The notes under the pieces are model-generated. The model saw only the letters and a list, made by a program, of their open reading frames with translations. It did not search any database and was not told the DNA's origin. A stretch of DNA of 64,000 bases from an uncultured Ruminococcus sp. (GTDB lineage: Bacteria; Bacillota; Clostridia; Oscillospirales; Acutalibacteraceae), in assembly GCA_902768825.1 (NCBI GenBank), contig CACXMR010000004.1:14241-78240 (forward strand), given 5' to 3'. Shown piece by piece: positions 34,356 through 43,494 of the stretch. Position 1 is the stretch's first letter; each line of letters starts with the position of its first letter. Both the position numbers and the translations under genes were made by a program.

Positions 34356-34382
34356 CCTGAAAGGCCCGAACAGAACAAAAAC

Positions 34383-34408
34383 AGCCCAACCTGTTTATAG
34401 GTCGGGCT
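34383..34408. terminator. Bidirectional terminator between the TetR gene and nrdG
   Basis: AGCCCAACCT / AGGTCGGGCT stem (one mismatch). AAAAAC upstream and TTGATTGTTTT downstream. Confidence 0.65.
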
Positions 34409-34441
34409 TGATTGTTTTAAAGCTATATAATGCTGAGGCTG

Positions 34442-34984
34442 TCATTTTCTGTTCATCAGAGGAGAAAGCACAATGCTCCCGCTTGATCTTGTCTTTTTCA
34501 CATCAATTATCCTCTGGTTTTCCGAACCTCTGAAGACAAGAGAGATGTTTTTCAGATCCTCCTCAAAACGTCCGTCGACGAGAATATCAATACTGTCGAG
34601 TATCTCATCGGTACACTCTATATACCGGCATCCTCCAGGAACAAGATCCTTCTCATAGGTAAAGCCTGTATACATCCAGATATTCCTATCCGGAAGCTCC
34701 CTTTTCACTCTGCGGATAAGATCTATCAGTCCACGCTGATTTGACAGCTCAAAGGGTTCTCCTCCAAGGATAGTCAGACCGTCATAGTAGCTTTTGGAAA
34801 GCTCCTTTATCAGCATCTCCTCGATCTCCGGAGTATATGGTCTGCCATACTCAAAGTCCCATGTCTGGGGCTGAAAGCAACCTTTACAGTGATTTGTACA
34901 GCCCGATACAAACAGACTTACCCTTATACCTGTACCGTTTGCGCTGTCTGCCGTGATGATCTCACCTACGAACATTTTATTCAC
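34442..34984 (-). CDS. nrdG: Anaerobic ribonucleoside-triphosphate reductase activating protein (radical SAM)
   Basis: SLFVSGCTNHCKGCFQPQTWDF cluster motif. 180 aa. Immediately downstream of nrdD. Confidence 0.92.
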   Translation of the reverse strand: MNKMFVGEIITADSANGTGIRVSLFVSGCTNHCKGCFQPQTWDFEYGRPYTPEIEEMLIKELSKSYYDGLTILGGEPFELSNQRGLIDLIRRVKRELPDRNIWMYTGFTYEKDLVPGGCRYIECTDEILDSIDILVDGRFEEDLKNISLVFRGSENQRIIDVKKTRSSGSIVLSPLMNRK

Positions 34985-35057
34985 CTCTTGTTTCTTAAAA
35001 CAGCTTCAGGGAGTGTCTTTGATTAAGACCCTCCCTTTTTTGCTGTAGAAAAAAGTA

Positions 35058-37274
35058 TTACTCGTTTACTGCCGGTTTCTCAGTCTGAAATGCGTGAGTT
35101 GACAGATGAAGAACTCGCTCCTTGATCTCCTGTGTCCTGCCCTGATTCCAGAACTGGGAGCCGATATATCCGCAGGTACGGCGGGCAACATTCATTTTAT
35201 TCTGGTCACGGTTATGACACTTGGGGCACTCCCATACCAGCTTGCCATCGTCATCGGTGACGATCTGTATTTCTCCGTCATATCCGCACACCTGGCAGTA
35301 GTCGCTCTTGGTGTTCAGCTCTGCATACATGATGTTGTCATAGATAAACTGCATTACCTTGAGCACAGCCTCCAGGTTATTCTGCATATCCGGCACCTCG
35401 ACGTAGCTGATAGCGCCGCCCGGTGAGAGAGTCTGAAACTCTGATTCAAGCTTCAGCTTATCAAAGGCGTTGATCTCCTCGGTCACATGAACATGATAGC
35501 TGTTTGTCACATAGTTTTTGTCCGTTACACCCTTGATAATACCGAAACGCTTCTGCAGGCACTTGGCAAATTTATATGTCGTGCTTTCAAGGGGTGTGCC
35601 GTAAAGGCTATAGTCTATGCACTCTTCCTTTTTCCACTTTGCACAGTATTCGTTGAGCTTCTTCATTATCTGAAGACCCAGCTCTTTGCCCTCTTCCTCG
35701 GTGAGCTTTTTACCGATCAGGCTGTAAACGCACTCCCAGAGTCCTGCATAGCCAAGGGAAAGGGTGGAATAACCGCCATAAAGAAGCTTGTCGATGGTCT
35801 CGCCCTTTTTGAGCCTTGAAATAGCACCGTACTGCCAGAGAATAGGAGCCGCATCTGAAAGAGTACCCTTGAGTCTCTCGTGACGTGCCCTGAGAGCTCT
35901 GTGGCAAAGACCCATTCTGTCATCGAATATCTTCCAGAAGCGATCAATGTCCTTCTCCGCTGAAAGACCTATATCCACAAGGTTGATGGTAACAACGCCT
36001 TGATTGAAGCGTCCGTAATACTTTGGCTTGCCGTTTTCGTCAATATAAGGTGTCAGGAAGCTGCGGCAGCCCATGCAGGTGTAGCAGTGGCCTTCGCCGT
36101 TCTTATCAATCTTGTTCTTGAGCATTACCTTCTCGGAAATATAATCAGGCACCATTCTCTTTGCGGTGCACTTTGCGGCAAGCTCTGTAAGATACCAATA
36201 CTTGCTGCCCTCGGTGATATTGTCCTCTTCAAGAACATAGATGAGCTTCGGGAATGCAGGAGTCACCCACACACCCTCTTCGTTTTTGACACCGATATAA
36301 CGCTGACGAAGAGTCTCCTCGATTATCATAGCAAGGTCTCTCTTCTGCTGTTCGTCCTTAGCCTCATTAAGATACATAAAGACTGTCACAAAGGGTGCCT
36401 GTCCGTTGGTGGTCAGCAATGTGACAACCTGATACTGTATTGTCTGCACGCCCTTGGTTATCTCCTTGCGGAGCCTTTCCTCAACGATGGAGTCGATTGT
36501 CTCCTCCGGGATAGTGCAGTTCATTTCCTCAAGCTCTGCCAAAAACTCACGCTTGATCTTTTCCCTTGATACCTGCACAAAGGGTGCAAGGTGTGTCAGG
36601 CTGATGCTCTGGCCGCCGTACTGATTGCTTGCCACCTGTGCGATTATCTGAGTAGCAATATTGCAGGCGGTAGAAAAGCTGTGGGGCTTCTCAATAAGAG
36701 TTTCGCTGATAACCGTGCCGTTCTGGAGCATATCCTCAAGATTTACAAGGTCACAGTTATGCATATGCTGGGCAAAATAGTCGCTGTCATGGAAATGTAT
36801 GATACCATTCTCATGTGCCTCAACAATGTCATTGGAAAGAAGTATCCTCTTTGTCAGATCCTTGCTGACCTCACCTGCCATATAGTCACGCTGAACGCTG
36901 TTGACAGTGGGGTTTTTGTTTGAGTTTTCCTGCTTTACTTCTTCGTTATTGCACTCGATAAGGCTGAGGATCTTATTGTCTGTTGTATTGGCACGCCTGA
37001 TGAGTGAGCGGTTATAGCGGTATTTGACATATCTTCTTGCAAGATCGAAGGCGCCCTTCGCCATAATCTGATCCTCGACCATGTCCTGTATTTCCTCAAC
37101 AGATACGGCTCTGCCCATCTTTGAGCACTTATACTCGACATACTCGGCAATATCCTTGATCTGCTCGCTGGTCAGATAGCGCTTATCCCCTGCGTTATTT
37201 GCCTTAGTTATTGCATTAACGATCTTTTCGCCGTTAAATACCTCTTCCGAGGAATTTCTTTTGATTATCTTCAT
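35058..37274 (-). CDS. nrdD: Anaerobic ribonucleoside-triphosphate reductase (class III)
   Basis: N-terminal ATP-cone (KIIKRNSSEEVFNGEKIVNAI). C-terminal Zn ribbon CQVCGY...CPKCH. Glycyl-radical motif RRTCGYIG. Confidence 0.95.
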   Translation of the reverse strand: MKIIKRNSSEEVFNGEKIVNAITKANNAGDKRYLTSEQIKDIAEYVEYKCSKMGRAVSVEEIQDMVEDQIMAKGAFDLARRYVKYRYNRSLIRRANTTDNKILSLIECNNEEVKQENSNKNPTVNSVQRDYMAGEVSKDLTKRILLSNDIVEAHENGIIHFHDSDYFAQHMHNCDLVNLEDMLQNGTVISETLIEKPHSFSTACNIATQIIAQVASNQYGGQSISLTHLAPFVQVSREKIKREFLAELEEMNCTIPEETIDSIVEERLRKEITKGVQTIQYQVVTLLTTNGQAPFVTVFMYLNEAKDEQQKRDLAMIIEETLRQRYIGVKNEEGVWVTPAFPKLIYVLEEDNITEGSKYWYLTELAAKCTAKRMVPDYISEKVMLKNKIDKNGEGHCYTCMGCRSFLTPYIDENGKPKYYGRFNQGVVTINLVDIGLSAEKDIDRFWKIFDDRMGLCHRALRARHERLKGTLSDAAPILWQYGAISRLKKGETIDKLLYGGYSTLSLGYAGLWECVYSLIGKKLTEEEGKELGLQIMKKLNEYCAKWKKEECIDYSLYGTPLESTTYKFAKCLQKRFGIIKGVTDKNYVTNSYHVHVTEEINAFDKLKLESEFQTLSPGGAISYVEVPDMQNNLEAVLKVMQFIYDNIMYAELNTKSDYCQVCGYDGEIQIVTDDDGKLVWECPKCHNRDQNKMNVARRTCGYIGSQFWNQGRTQEIKERVLHLSTHAFQTEKPAVNE

Positions 37275-37339
37275 AATTAATACATCTCCGTTCAAAAGTG
37301 TACGCCCTCTATTTTATCCGAAATCAGGCAAAATGTATG

Positions 37340-37368
37340 TTGCATTTGCAACAGTATTAGTGTATAAT
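37340..37368 (+). promoter_or_regulatory. Promoter of the Crp/Fnr-family gene
   Basis: TTGCAT (37340-37345), 17-nt spacer, TATAAT (37363-37368). Confidence 0.55.
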
Positions 37369-37422
37369 ACAAGATATAGCGTTTTGCACAAATTCAAAGC
37401 ACATTATATAGAGGAGTCAACA

Positions 37423-38070
37423 ATGAATAAATATTCTATTTTCAGCGGTCTTAATAGTGATGAAACAGCACAGATAGAAGCTTGTCTGCACTTTGAAAGC
37501 AAATGCTTCCGCCGGGGCGAGACGATACTGTCCTTTTCACAGGACAGCAGCGAAGCAGGTATCGTCAGAAGCGGCCTTGCATACCTGATAAGCATCAACG
37601 ACGCCGGAGAGGAAAATATTCTTGATTACTACGAGGAAGGCAATATATTCGGGAGCTTTCTTTCGCCGGATACAAACGTCAACCTATACTCCGTTGTGGC
37701 AAAGAAGAATTGCCTTGTCAGCTTTGTCCAGGATACATCCATCACGGGCATCTGTGATAAGAGCTGTGCAATGCATTCCGCATTTGTAAGGAACGTGCTC
37801 ACTTCCGTCTCCTGCCGCAGCCAGATACACATTGACATACTGTCCCAGCGCACTATCCGTGGCAAGCTCATGGCATACTTCGCTTACGTGTCGGAAAACA
37901 GAAACAAGCAACGCTTCAGGCTTCCGATACCCTTATCCGATCTTGCAGAATACATCTGCGCAGACCGAAGCTCCATGATGCGGGAGCTGAAGAAGATGAA
38001 CAATGATGGTCTGATCCTCTCAAGAGGCACCGAGATCACCGTCTATGGCTCTGATCCAGAGAACGTCTGA
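37423..38070 (+). CDS. Crp/Fnr-family transcriptional regulator
   Basis: cNMP-binding-like N-terminal domain and C-terminal HTH LSDLAEYICADRSSMMRELKKM. GAGGAG RBS upstream of the ATG at 37423. The track start at 37261 overlaps nrdD. Confidence 0.85.
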   Translation: MNKYSIFSGLNSDETAQIEACLHFESKCFRRGETILSFSQDSSEAGIVRSGLAYLISINDAGEENILDYYEEGNIFGSFLSPDTNVNLYSVVAKKNCLVSFVQDTSITGICDKSCAMHSAFVRNVLTSVSCRSQIHIDILSQRTIRGKLMAYFAYVSENRNKQRFRLPIPLSDLAEYICADRSSMMRELKKMNNDGLILSRGTEITVYGSDPENV

Positions 38071-38261
38071 CCCTCCGACCACCGCTATTTTGTGTCTGAT
38101 TAACATTATAACCACAATATATAGTATTGTCAAGTCTTTACAGATACAATATATACGCTGAACTTTGGTATAAAATGCACATTAACCACAAAACAAAAGG
38201 CTCCGGCAAATGTCCCGCTTTTGGAACAATGTCGGAGCCTTGGATTATTATTGAAAACTGA

Positions 38262-40055
38262 TTATCTCTGAGGGCCGCCCATGCCGCCTCTGCCGCTGAT
38301 CTCTGAATAATAAAGACCTGATGAAAAATCTGCTGTTGCAGTGCTGTCTCCCGCACTGATGGTATAGGTGCTGCCCTGCTTCAGCTCAGGTGATGAGTAA
38401 ACAACCGACGAGAAGCTCTTGTTTGCAGTAAAGGTAAAGCCTGAACCGTCATCTACTGTGATGGTTGTTCCCTCTGAGCCGGAGAGCGAAACGAGCGCAG
38501 AGCACTGAGTGCCGGAATCAAAGTTGATAGCCATGTCTGAAGTGCCTATAGCTATTACGGTGCCGCCGGTTATGCTTGCCACACAATCGCTGCCGTCGCC
38601 CTTGTCAAGAGCTCCGTTGCCTGCAGAGGACGGACCTTCTACTATGACCGTACCGCCGGTGATGTAGATAGAGCCGTTGCTGTCAAGGCCGTCGCCCTCG
38701 GAATTAACGTGTACCTCTCCTCCGTTGATTGTGAGCTTTGCATTGGTGTTTCCGCTGCCCCAGGGGTTGTCGTCCTTGGAAGTCGTATCAGAACCGCCGG
38801 AGCAGTTTATACCGTCATCACTGGCAGTAACGCCAACAACACCGCCGTTAATGGTTATATTCTCCGCCTCAAGACCCTCGTAGGATTTTGTAACAACCAC
38901 TGAGCCTCCGTTTATGGTCAGATCACCGGATGCTGTGATACCGTCATCGCCCGAGCTTAAACCTATGGTACCTGAATTAATAGTAATGCTTGCATTGCCA
39001 TGGATAGCGTCGTCAGCAGCCGAAACCGTGAGCGCAGTCTCGGAGATGATCAGATCGCCGTCGGTTTTGATGCCCTTCTGAGAGGTATTGCTGTCCTTTG
39101 AAGAATCTGAGCCTGAGCCTGACGCCGTGATTACTGTCAGAATACCTCCATTGAGTTCAACCGTCCCTGTAAAGGTTTTATTGTCATCCCCTGCCTTGAC
39201 CGAAATTCCGTCGTAGCCGGAGGAAATCACAAGCTTAGCCTTTTCAAAGTAGAAGCTTGCATCATTATCATCGTTTTCTATCTGTATTCCGTCATGGCCG
39301 GAGGTGACAGCTATCTGACCGCCGCCTATGCGCACAGTACCCTCAGACTTGATGCCGATACTGTCTGCGTTGAGTTCAAGCTGTGAATCAGTGATCTTCA
39401 GATCATTCTTGCACACGATGCCATGCAGATTGGACTTGATTTTTAATGAACCGCTGCCGTTGATCGTAACGTCATCCTTTGCATATATCGCTGCATCCTC
39501 CTTTGCCGAGCTGTTGCTGCTGTTGAAGGTAAGAGCGTTATCACCGGTACACTGGATTATGACCTTGTCAGCATTCTGCACCTTAATACAGGGTGCGGAT
39601 GAGTTAGTCATGGTAACGCCGTCAAGGATGAGATACACATTTCCGGACTTTGTGGAATCATCTATCACGATAGACACGTCCTGGGATGAACCCGTCACCT
39701 TGTAAATCCCCTTTGAGGTTATGGTCACTGTACTGCCGGAAACAGAGCCTCTTGTAGAGTCAGATAGCTCCGCTGCGGAGCCTGAAAGGGTTATCACCGC
39801 ATGGGGCGTTTCGCTGCTCATATCCTTATAGTCGCTGTCTGAAAAATATGAGCTTTCCGACGTCGACTGTGAGCTGTCAGAGGACGTGTCGGATACTGGG
39901 GAAGCACCTTCCCCACTGTTATCTGTTTTTGAATCATCGGATACAGCCGCTGATGAGACTTTGGAAGTATCACCTTCGCTGCCCTGATTGCCGCATCCCG
40001 AAAAGACCGTCAATGATACTACCATAGATAAGAATATTATTAAAGCCTTTTTCAT
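38262..40055 (-). CDS. Lipoprotein with Cthe_2159-like carbohydrate-binding parallel beta-helix domain
   Basis: Lipobox LTVFSGC. Ser/Asp-rich linker. Repeated beta-helix rungs (DGIQIEND, DGISVKAGDD, DDGITASGDLTINGG, DDGINCSGG, GDGLDSNGSIYITGG). Confidence 0.75.
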   Translation of the reverse strand: MKKALIIFLSMVVSLTVFSGCGNQGSEGDTSKVSSAAVSDDSKTDNSGEGASPVSDTSSDSSQSTSESSYFSDSDYKDMSSETPHAVITLSGSAAELSDSTRGSVSGSTVTITSKGIYKVTGSSQDVSIVIDDSTKSGNVYLILDGVTMTNSSAPCIKVQNADKVIIQCTGDNALTFNSSNSSAKEDAAIYAKDDVTINGSGSLKIKSNLHGIVCKNDLKITDSQLELNADSIGIKSEGTVRIGGGQIAVTSGHDGIQIENDDNDASFYFEKAKLVISSGYDGISVKAGDDNKTFTGTVELNGGILTVITASGSGSDSSKDSNTSQKGIKTDGDLIISETALTVSAADDAIHGNASITINSGTIGLSSGDDGITASGDLTINGGSVVVTKSYEGLEAENITINGGVVGVTASDDGINCSGGSDTTSKDDNPWGSGNTNAKLTINGGEVHVNSEGDGLDSNGSIYITGGTVIVEGPSSAGNGALDKGDGSDCVASITGGTVIAIGTSDMAINFDSGTQCSALVSLSGSEGTTITVDDGSGFTFTANKSFSSVVYSSPELKQGSTYTISAGDSTATADFSSGLYYSEISGRGGMGGPQR

Positions 40056-40095
40056 AGATATTACACTCCTTGTCTGTTTACAATTGATCTGAAAG

Positions 40096-40118
40096 CCGCT
40101 GATGAGGTGCATCAGCGG
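40096..40118 (-). promoter_or_regulatory. Intra-operon GC-rich hairpin between the DUF4956 and beta-helix genes
   Basis: CCGCTGATG / CATCAGCGG 9-bp stem with a 5-nt loop. Only a weak T tract (CTTTCAG) on the minus strand. Confidence 0.5.
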
Positions 40119-40150
40119 TCACAGACTTGCCGGATATTCTTCCGGAGATA

Positions 40151-40825
40151 TCAAAGCTGGTTCTGGGGCTCGGTGTAGGGCAGGACTGCTATTTCAAGGT
40201 TACCGTTCTTTGTCCTGAGCTCATCTATGAATTCCTTCTCCTCGGCAGGATCCTTCATTACGATCTTGAATGAAAGCCTGAACATTGATCCCATACCTGT
40301 TGTCTTGACACCTGCATTCTCAAAGCTCTTAAGATAGTGCTTGAAGGTGTCGTCAAAGGCTCCGGTATATTCAAGTGATTCAGGGATTGTTATGCGGAGA
40401 AGACGTTCCTCGCTCATGGACTTATGCTCAAAGATCGGAAGCAAGGACAGCACAAGATAGATAACCGCCATACCGATGAGGATGATAACTCCGTATGCCA
40501 CATAGCCCATACCAAAAGCAATGCCCGAACCCATGGCAATGAGAAGTGAGCTTATCTCGTCTGCGCTTCCGGGTGCGCTTCTGAAACGAATGAGACTGAA
40601 GGCTCCTCCTACTGCGACTCCGGCGCCGATATTGCCGCTGACAAATGTAATTACCGCAGAAACGATAAACGGAACAACAGCCGTCACTATGAAGAAGCGT
40701 TTCTTTGCCCTTATCTTGAAGGACATCAGCCAGGAAAAAACAAAGCCCGAAACGAGGGAAGCCGCCGCCATAATAAAAAACTGTGATGTAGTAACTCCGG
40801 TTGCTGTATAAATTGAATCAAACAT
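40151..40825 (-). CDS. DUF4956-family integral membrane protein
   Basis: Four or five TM helices. Signature GGAFSLIRFRSAPGSADEISSLLIAMGSGIAFGMG. Soluble C-terminal ~90 aa. ATG at 40825 overlaps the VTC stop (ATGTTTGA). Confidence 0.8.
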   Translation of the reverse strand: MFDSIYTATGVTTSQFFIMAAASLVSGFVFSWLMSFKIRAKKRFFIVTAVVPFIVSAVITFVSGNIGAGVAVGGAFSLIRFRSAPGSADEISSLLIAMGSGIAFGMGYVAYGVIILIGMAVIYLVLSLLPIFEHKSMSEERLLRITIPESLEYTGAFDDTFKHYLKSFENAGVKTTGMGSMFRLSFKIVMKDPAEEKEFIDELRTKNGNLEIAVLPYTEPQNQL

Positions 40826-41549
40826 TATATATCTTCCTTTCGTTTTTAACTTTAAGCAATTGCTGTCTATAGGCTTCTCCATATTTAGAAAAGCTGCCCT
40901 TATAGATATGTCCCTTTGTAAGTATATCTGAGAGCCACAGCGGAACTGATTGCTGCACCTTTACTTCCAGTATGGTATAGCCGTCCTTCAGGAGCGAATT
41001 GCCTTCCATAGAGGTTTTGAGATCCAGATTTTCATAGCGGTACCTGGGATCATGGTCAATGGTCAACCTGAGATCACCGTCCGGCTGGAAGTAAGCTACT
41101 CTGTCATAAATAATCAGACAGGCCGGCACAAGAGTCTGATAATAATCACGGAAGGTGGTTATCTCTCTGTTTATCTGACCGCCTGCGCAGATATCTCCTT
41201 CGCCGTAGAAGAATTTGTTGACAAGAGGGATAGTGGACTGGACCCTGCGTTTATATACAATCCCGTAAGCCTTGCGTTTCAGCTCAAGAAAAACCGGCGA
41301 TGTGTCAGTGGCAATGCCATAGGAGCGAAGCCTGATCTTTTCCTTAAAAAGCGGCTTTTCCACTGATGTCCTGATAAGCCTGTAATTAGGGGTATCATAA
41401 TAGAGTGATGCAATTGAGGTCAGACCGTATTTATCGATCTTCATGTGCCCTTCCACACTCTTTTTGAAGTATTCCGTCTGTTCGGGACTCATAATATACT
41501 TCATCTCGTAGCGTTTCATAACTACGATGGGTTTTGTCGCTTCAGCCAT
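40818..41549 (-). CDS. VTC-domain (polyphosphate polymerase / triphosphate-tunnel-like) protein
   Basis: 243 aa. N-terminal KRYEMKYIM, LYYDTPNYRLIR, EKIRLRSY, LELKRK, ILEVKV strand pattern typical of bacterial VTC/CYTH-like tunnel proteins. Confidence 0.75.
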   Translation of the reverse strand: MAEATKPIVVMKRYEMKYIMSPEQTEYFKKSVEGHMKIDKYGLTSIASLYYDTPNYRLIRTSVEKPLFKEKIRLRSYGIATDTSPVFLELKRKAYGIVYKRRVQSTIPLVNKFFYGEGDICAGGQINREITTFRDYYQTLVPACLIIYDRVAYFQPDGDLRLTIDHDPRYRYENLDLKTSMEGNSLLKDGYTILEVKVQQSVPLWLSDILTKGHIYKGSFSKYGEAYRQQLLKVKNERKIYNV

Positions 41550-41564
41550 AATATCACCTTCTTG

Positions 41565-42896
41565 TCACAGATAGAGACTTATGCTCATTTTTCCGTTCTT
41601 GACAGAAGCCGATAATCTTCCGTCGTTTGTGAGGATAATGCTCTTTACCTTTGAAAGTCCAAGACCTGCTCCCGTCGTTCCCTCGGCGTTTTCAAGAGTA
41701 GTAAACCTGTCAAATATCTGATCGTAGCTGCCGTCGGGAAGTGAAGTGTCATTCTGCTGTACAAGCTTTATTCTGTCCTTGTGTCTCGTCAGGGTAAATT
41801 TTGCTTCAGAGACCGAAAACTTCAGTGAGTTTGAAATCAGCTCCCTCATTATTTCCTTGAAGGAATTGTCGTTGATTAAAACCATTATTTCCGGTTCGAT
41901 GTCGAAGCTTAGTTTAATCTTCTTTTCTTCATATTTGCTCCTGTTGTTTTCAAGCATCGCTATCATCAGGTCGGAAATGTCAAGCTTTGTCTTGCTCTCA
42001 GGCTCTTCAAACAAGCTCAGTGCTCCAAGCTCCTTGACAAGACCTGTCATTCGTCTTACCTGTTTTTCTATGGACTTGGTCTGGTCGTTAGGCTCGCTCT
42101 GACGTTCAAGAGCTTCGGTGTCTGCATTGATGATCGTCAACGGCATCTTGAATTCGTTTTCCAGTCGGGCAATAAATTGCTTCTGTTTCCTGTCAGCTTC
42201 CTCAAGAGGCTTAAACAGCTTACGTCCCACAAGCTGGAAGGTCAGGACTATAATCAATATCATCACCGCACCGCCGATAATGGATATAATGAGTATCCTG
42301 TAGCAGGGCCAAAGCTCACGGCTCTGATCTATGACTGTAACATAGGTCTTATGGTTTGCTTCATAAACACGGTAACGGTAGGATGTATTTGTCCAGCCAA
42401 CGCTTCCATACTGCAGGCTCTCAGCCCACTGCTGTGCCTCCTCTTCACTGACCGACGCCATCCTCAGATCTACCTTTTCTACATTTCCGTACTTGTCGAT
42501 GGAGTAGGTAAAGTAACTGAGGGAGGATTCCATTTCAGGGCTGTAGGGGCCGAATTTTCCGAAACCGCCCTCAAGCCGGAAGGGCTTTACATCACCCTTA
42601 TTCTTTTTGTTGGTCTTATCCTTATCCGTCTGAGCCGATGTCTCAGAGGAATTACTGCTCTGGGAGACTTCTTCATCATTCGGAAGCTCGCCGCCGTCAG
42701 GCCGAGGAGATTCATCAGGGAAGTTTTGCGTTCCTTCAAAAGAACCGTTCATCCTGGCTATGCGCTCTGTAACCCTGTCAGCATCCTCGGCGGCCATGGT
42801 AAAACTCAACACATTGATCGACATCAGCAGCAGCGACAGGAGAAGCAGAACAGCTAACTCCGAAAAGAGAATAAATTTTTTTCTTGCCTTATTCAT
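41565..42896 (-). CDS. Histidine-kinase-like sensor with Asn in place of the phospho-accepting His
   Basis: Two TM helices around a ~170-aa extracytoplasmic domain. H-box-like FIARLENEFKMPLTII (expected ..SHELKTPLT..). N-box ELISNSLKFS. G2 box GAGLGLS. G1 (DxGxG) is not recognisable. Confidence 0.75.
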   Translation of the reverse strand: MNKARKKFILFSELAVLLLLSLLLMSINVLSFTMAAEDADRVTERIARMNGSFEGTQNFPDESPRPDGGELPNDEEVSQSSNSSETSAQTDKDKTNKKNKGDVKPFRLEGGFGKFGPYSPEMESSLSYFTYSIDKYGNVEKVDLRMASVSEEEAQQWAESLQYGSVGWTNTSYRYRVYEANHKTYVTVIDQSRELWPCYRILIISIIGGAVMILIIVLTFQLVGRKLFKPLEEADRKQKQFIARLENEFKMPLTIINADTEALERQSEPNDQTKSIEKQVRRMTGLVKELGALSLFEEPESKTKLDISDLMIAMLENNRSKYEEKKIKLSFDIEPEIMVLINDNSFKEIMRELISNSLKFSVSEAKFTLTRHKDRIKLVQQNDTSLPDGSYDQIFDRFTTLENAEGTTGAGLGLSKVKSIILTNDGRLSASVKNGKMSISLYL

Positions 42897-43494
42897 TTTG
42901 AATCTTCACCATCCTATATCCCTCGTTGATGAGGTATTTTATTCTGAAATGCTTGTTCAGTTTTTCAAGCTTATAGTTAAGTGCAGAGATATAAGGAGCA
43001 ATATGCTTACCGCTTACCTGCTCATGCTTTACAATCGAGTCAAACAGCTCAATCTCTCCCTCGGTAACAGGAACGCTCCCACATAGCTTGAAATCCGAAG
43101 GAGTTATGCTTACATCTTCAAAGCTGAGCTTCGACGTGCTGTTTACGTTTTCCGTCACACGCTTTATCAGTCCGGTGAGATCCCCCGGAAGAAACGGCAG
43201 CGACAGATAGGCATTTGCAAGAGGCGAACCCATAAGTCTTGAAGCAGTCAGCTTACCTGAGATCAATACTATAACAGGAACATTCCTTGCTAAAAGAGAA
43301 GGAATAAGTGTTTTGGCGCTGATCCTTGGTATCGACTCATCTACAATTGCAATATCAAAGCTCTGACCGCCTTCAATCCTGGAGATAACCTGGGTCCCAT
43401 CGTATACAGTGGTCACAGTGTTATTATCAAGACCGAGAAGAAACGAAAAAGCCTTTGAAAAATCCCTGTCCTGCTCGGCGATAAGAATATTCAT
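42889..43494 (-). CDS. OmpR-type response-regulator-like protein with atypical receiver
   Basis: Receiver with D52 (IAIVDESIP) and S79, but Leu where the conserved Lys is expected (AYLSLPF). Short winged-helix-like C-terminus. Its stop overlaps the HK start (ATGAATAA). Confidence 0.7.
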   Translation of the reverse strand: MNILIAEQDRDFSKAFSFLLGLDNNTVTTVYDGTQVISRIEGGQSFDIAIVDESIPRISAKTLIPSLLARNVPVIVLISGKLTASRLMGSPLANAYLSLPFLPGDLTGLIKRVTENVNSTSKLSFEDVSITPSDFKLCGSVPVTEGEIELFDSIVKHEQVSGKHIAPYISALNYKLEKLNKHFRIKYLINEGYRMVKIQNE

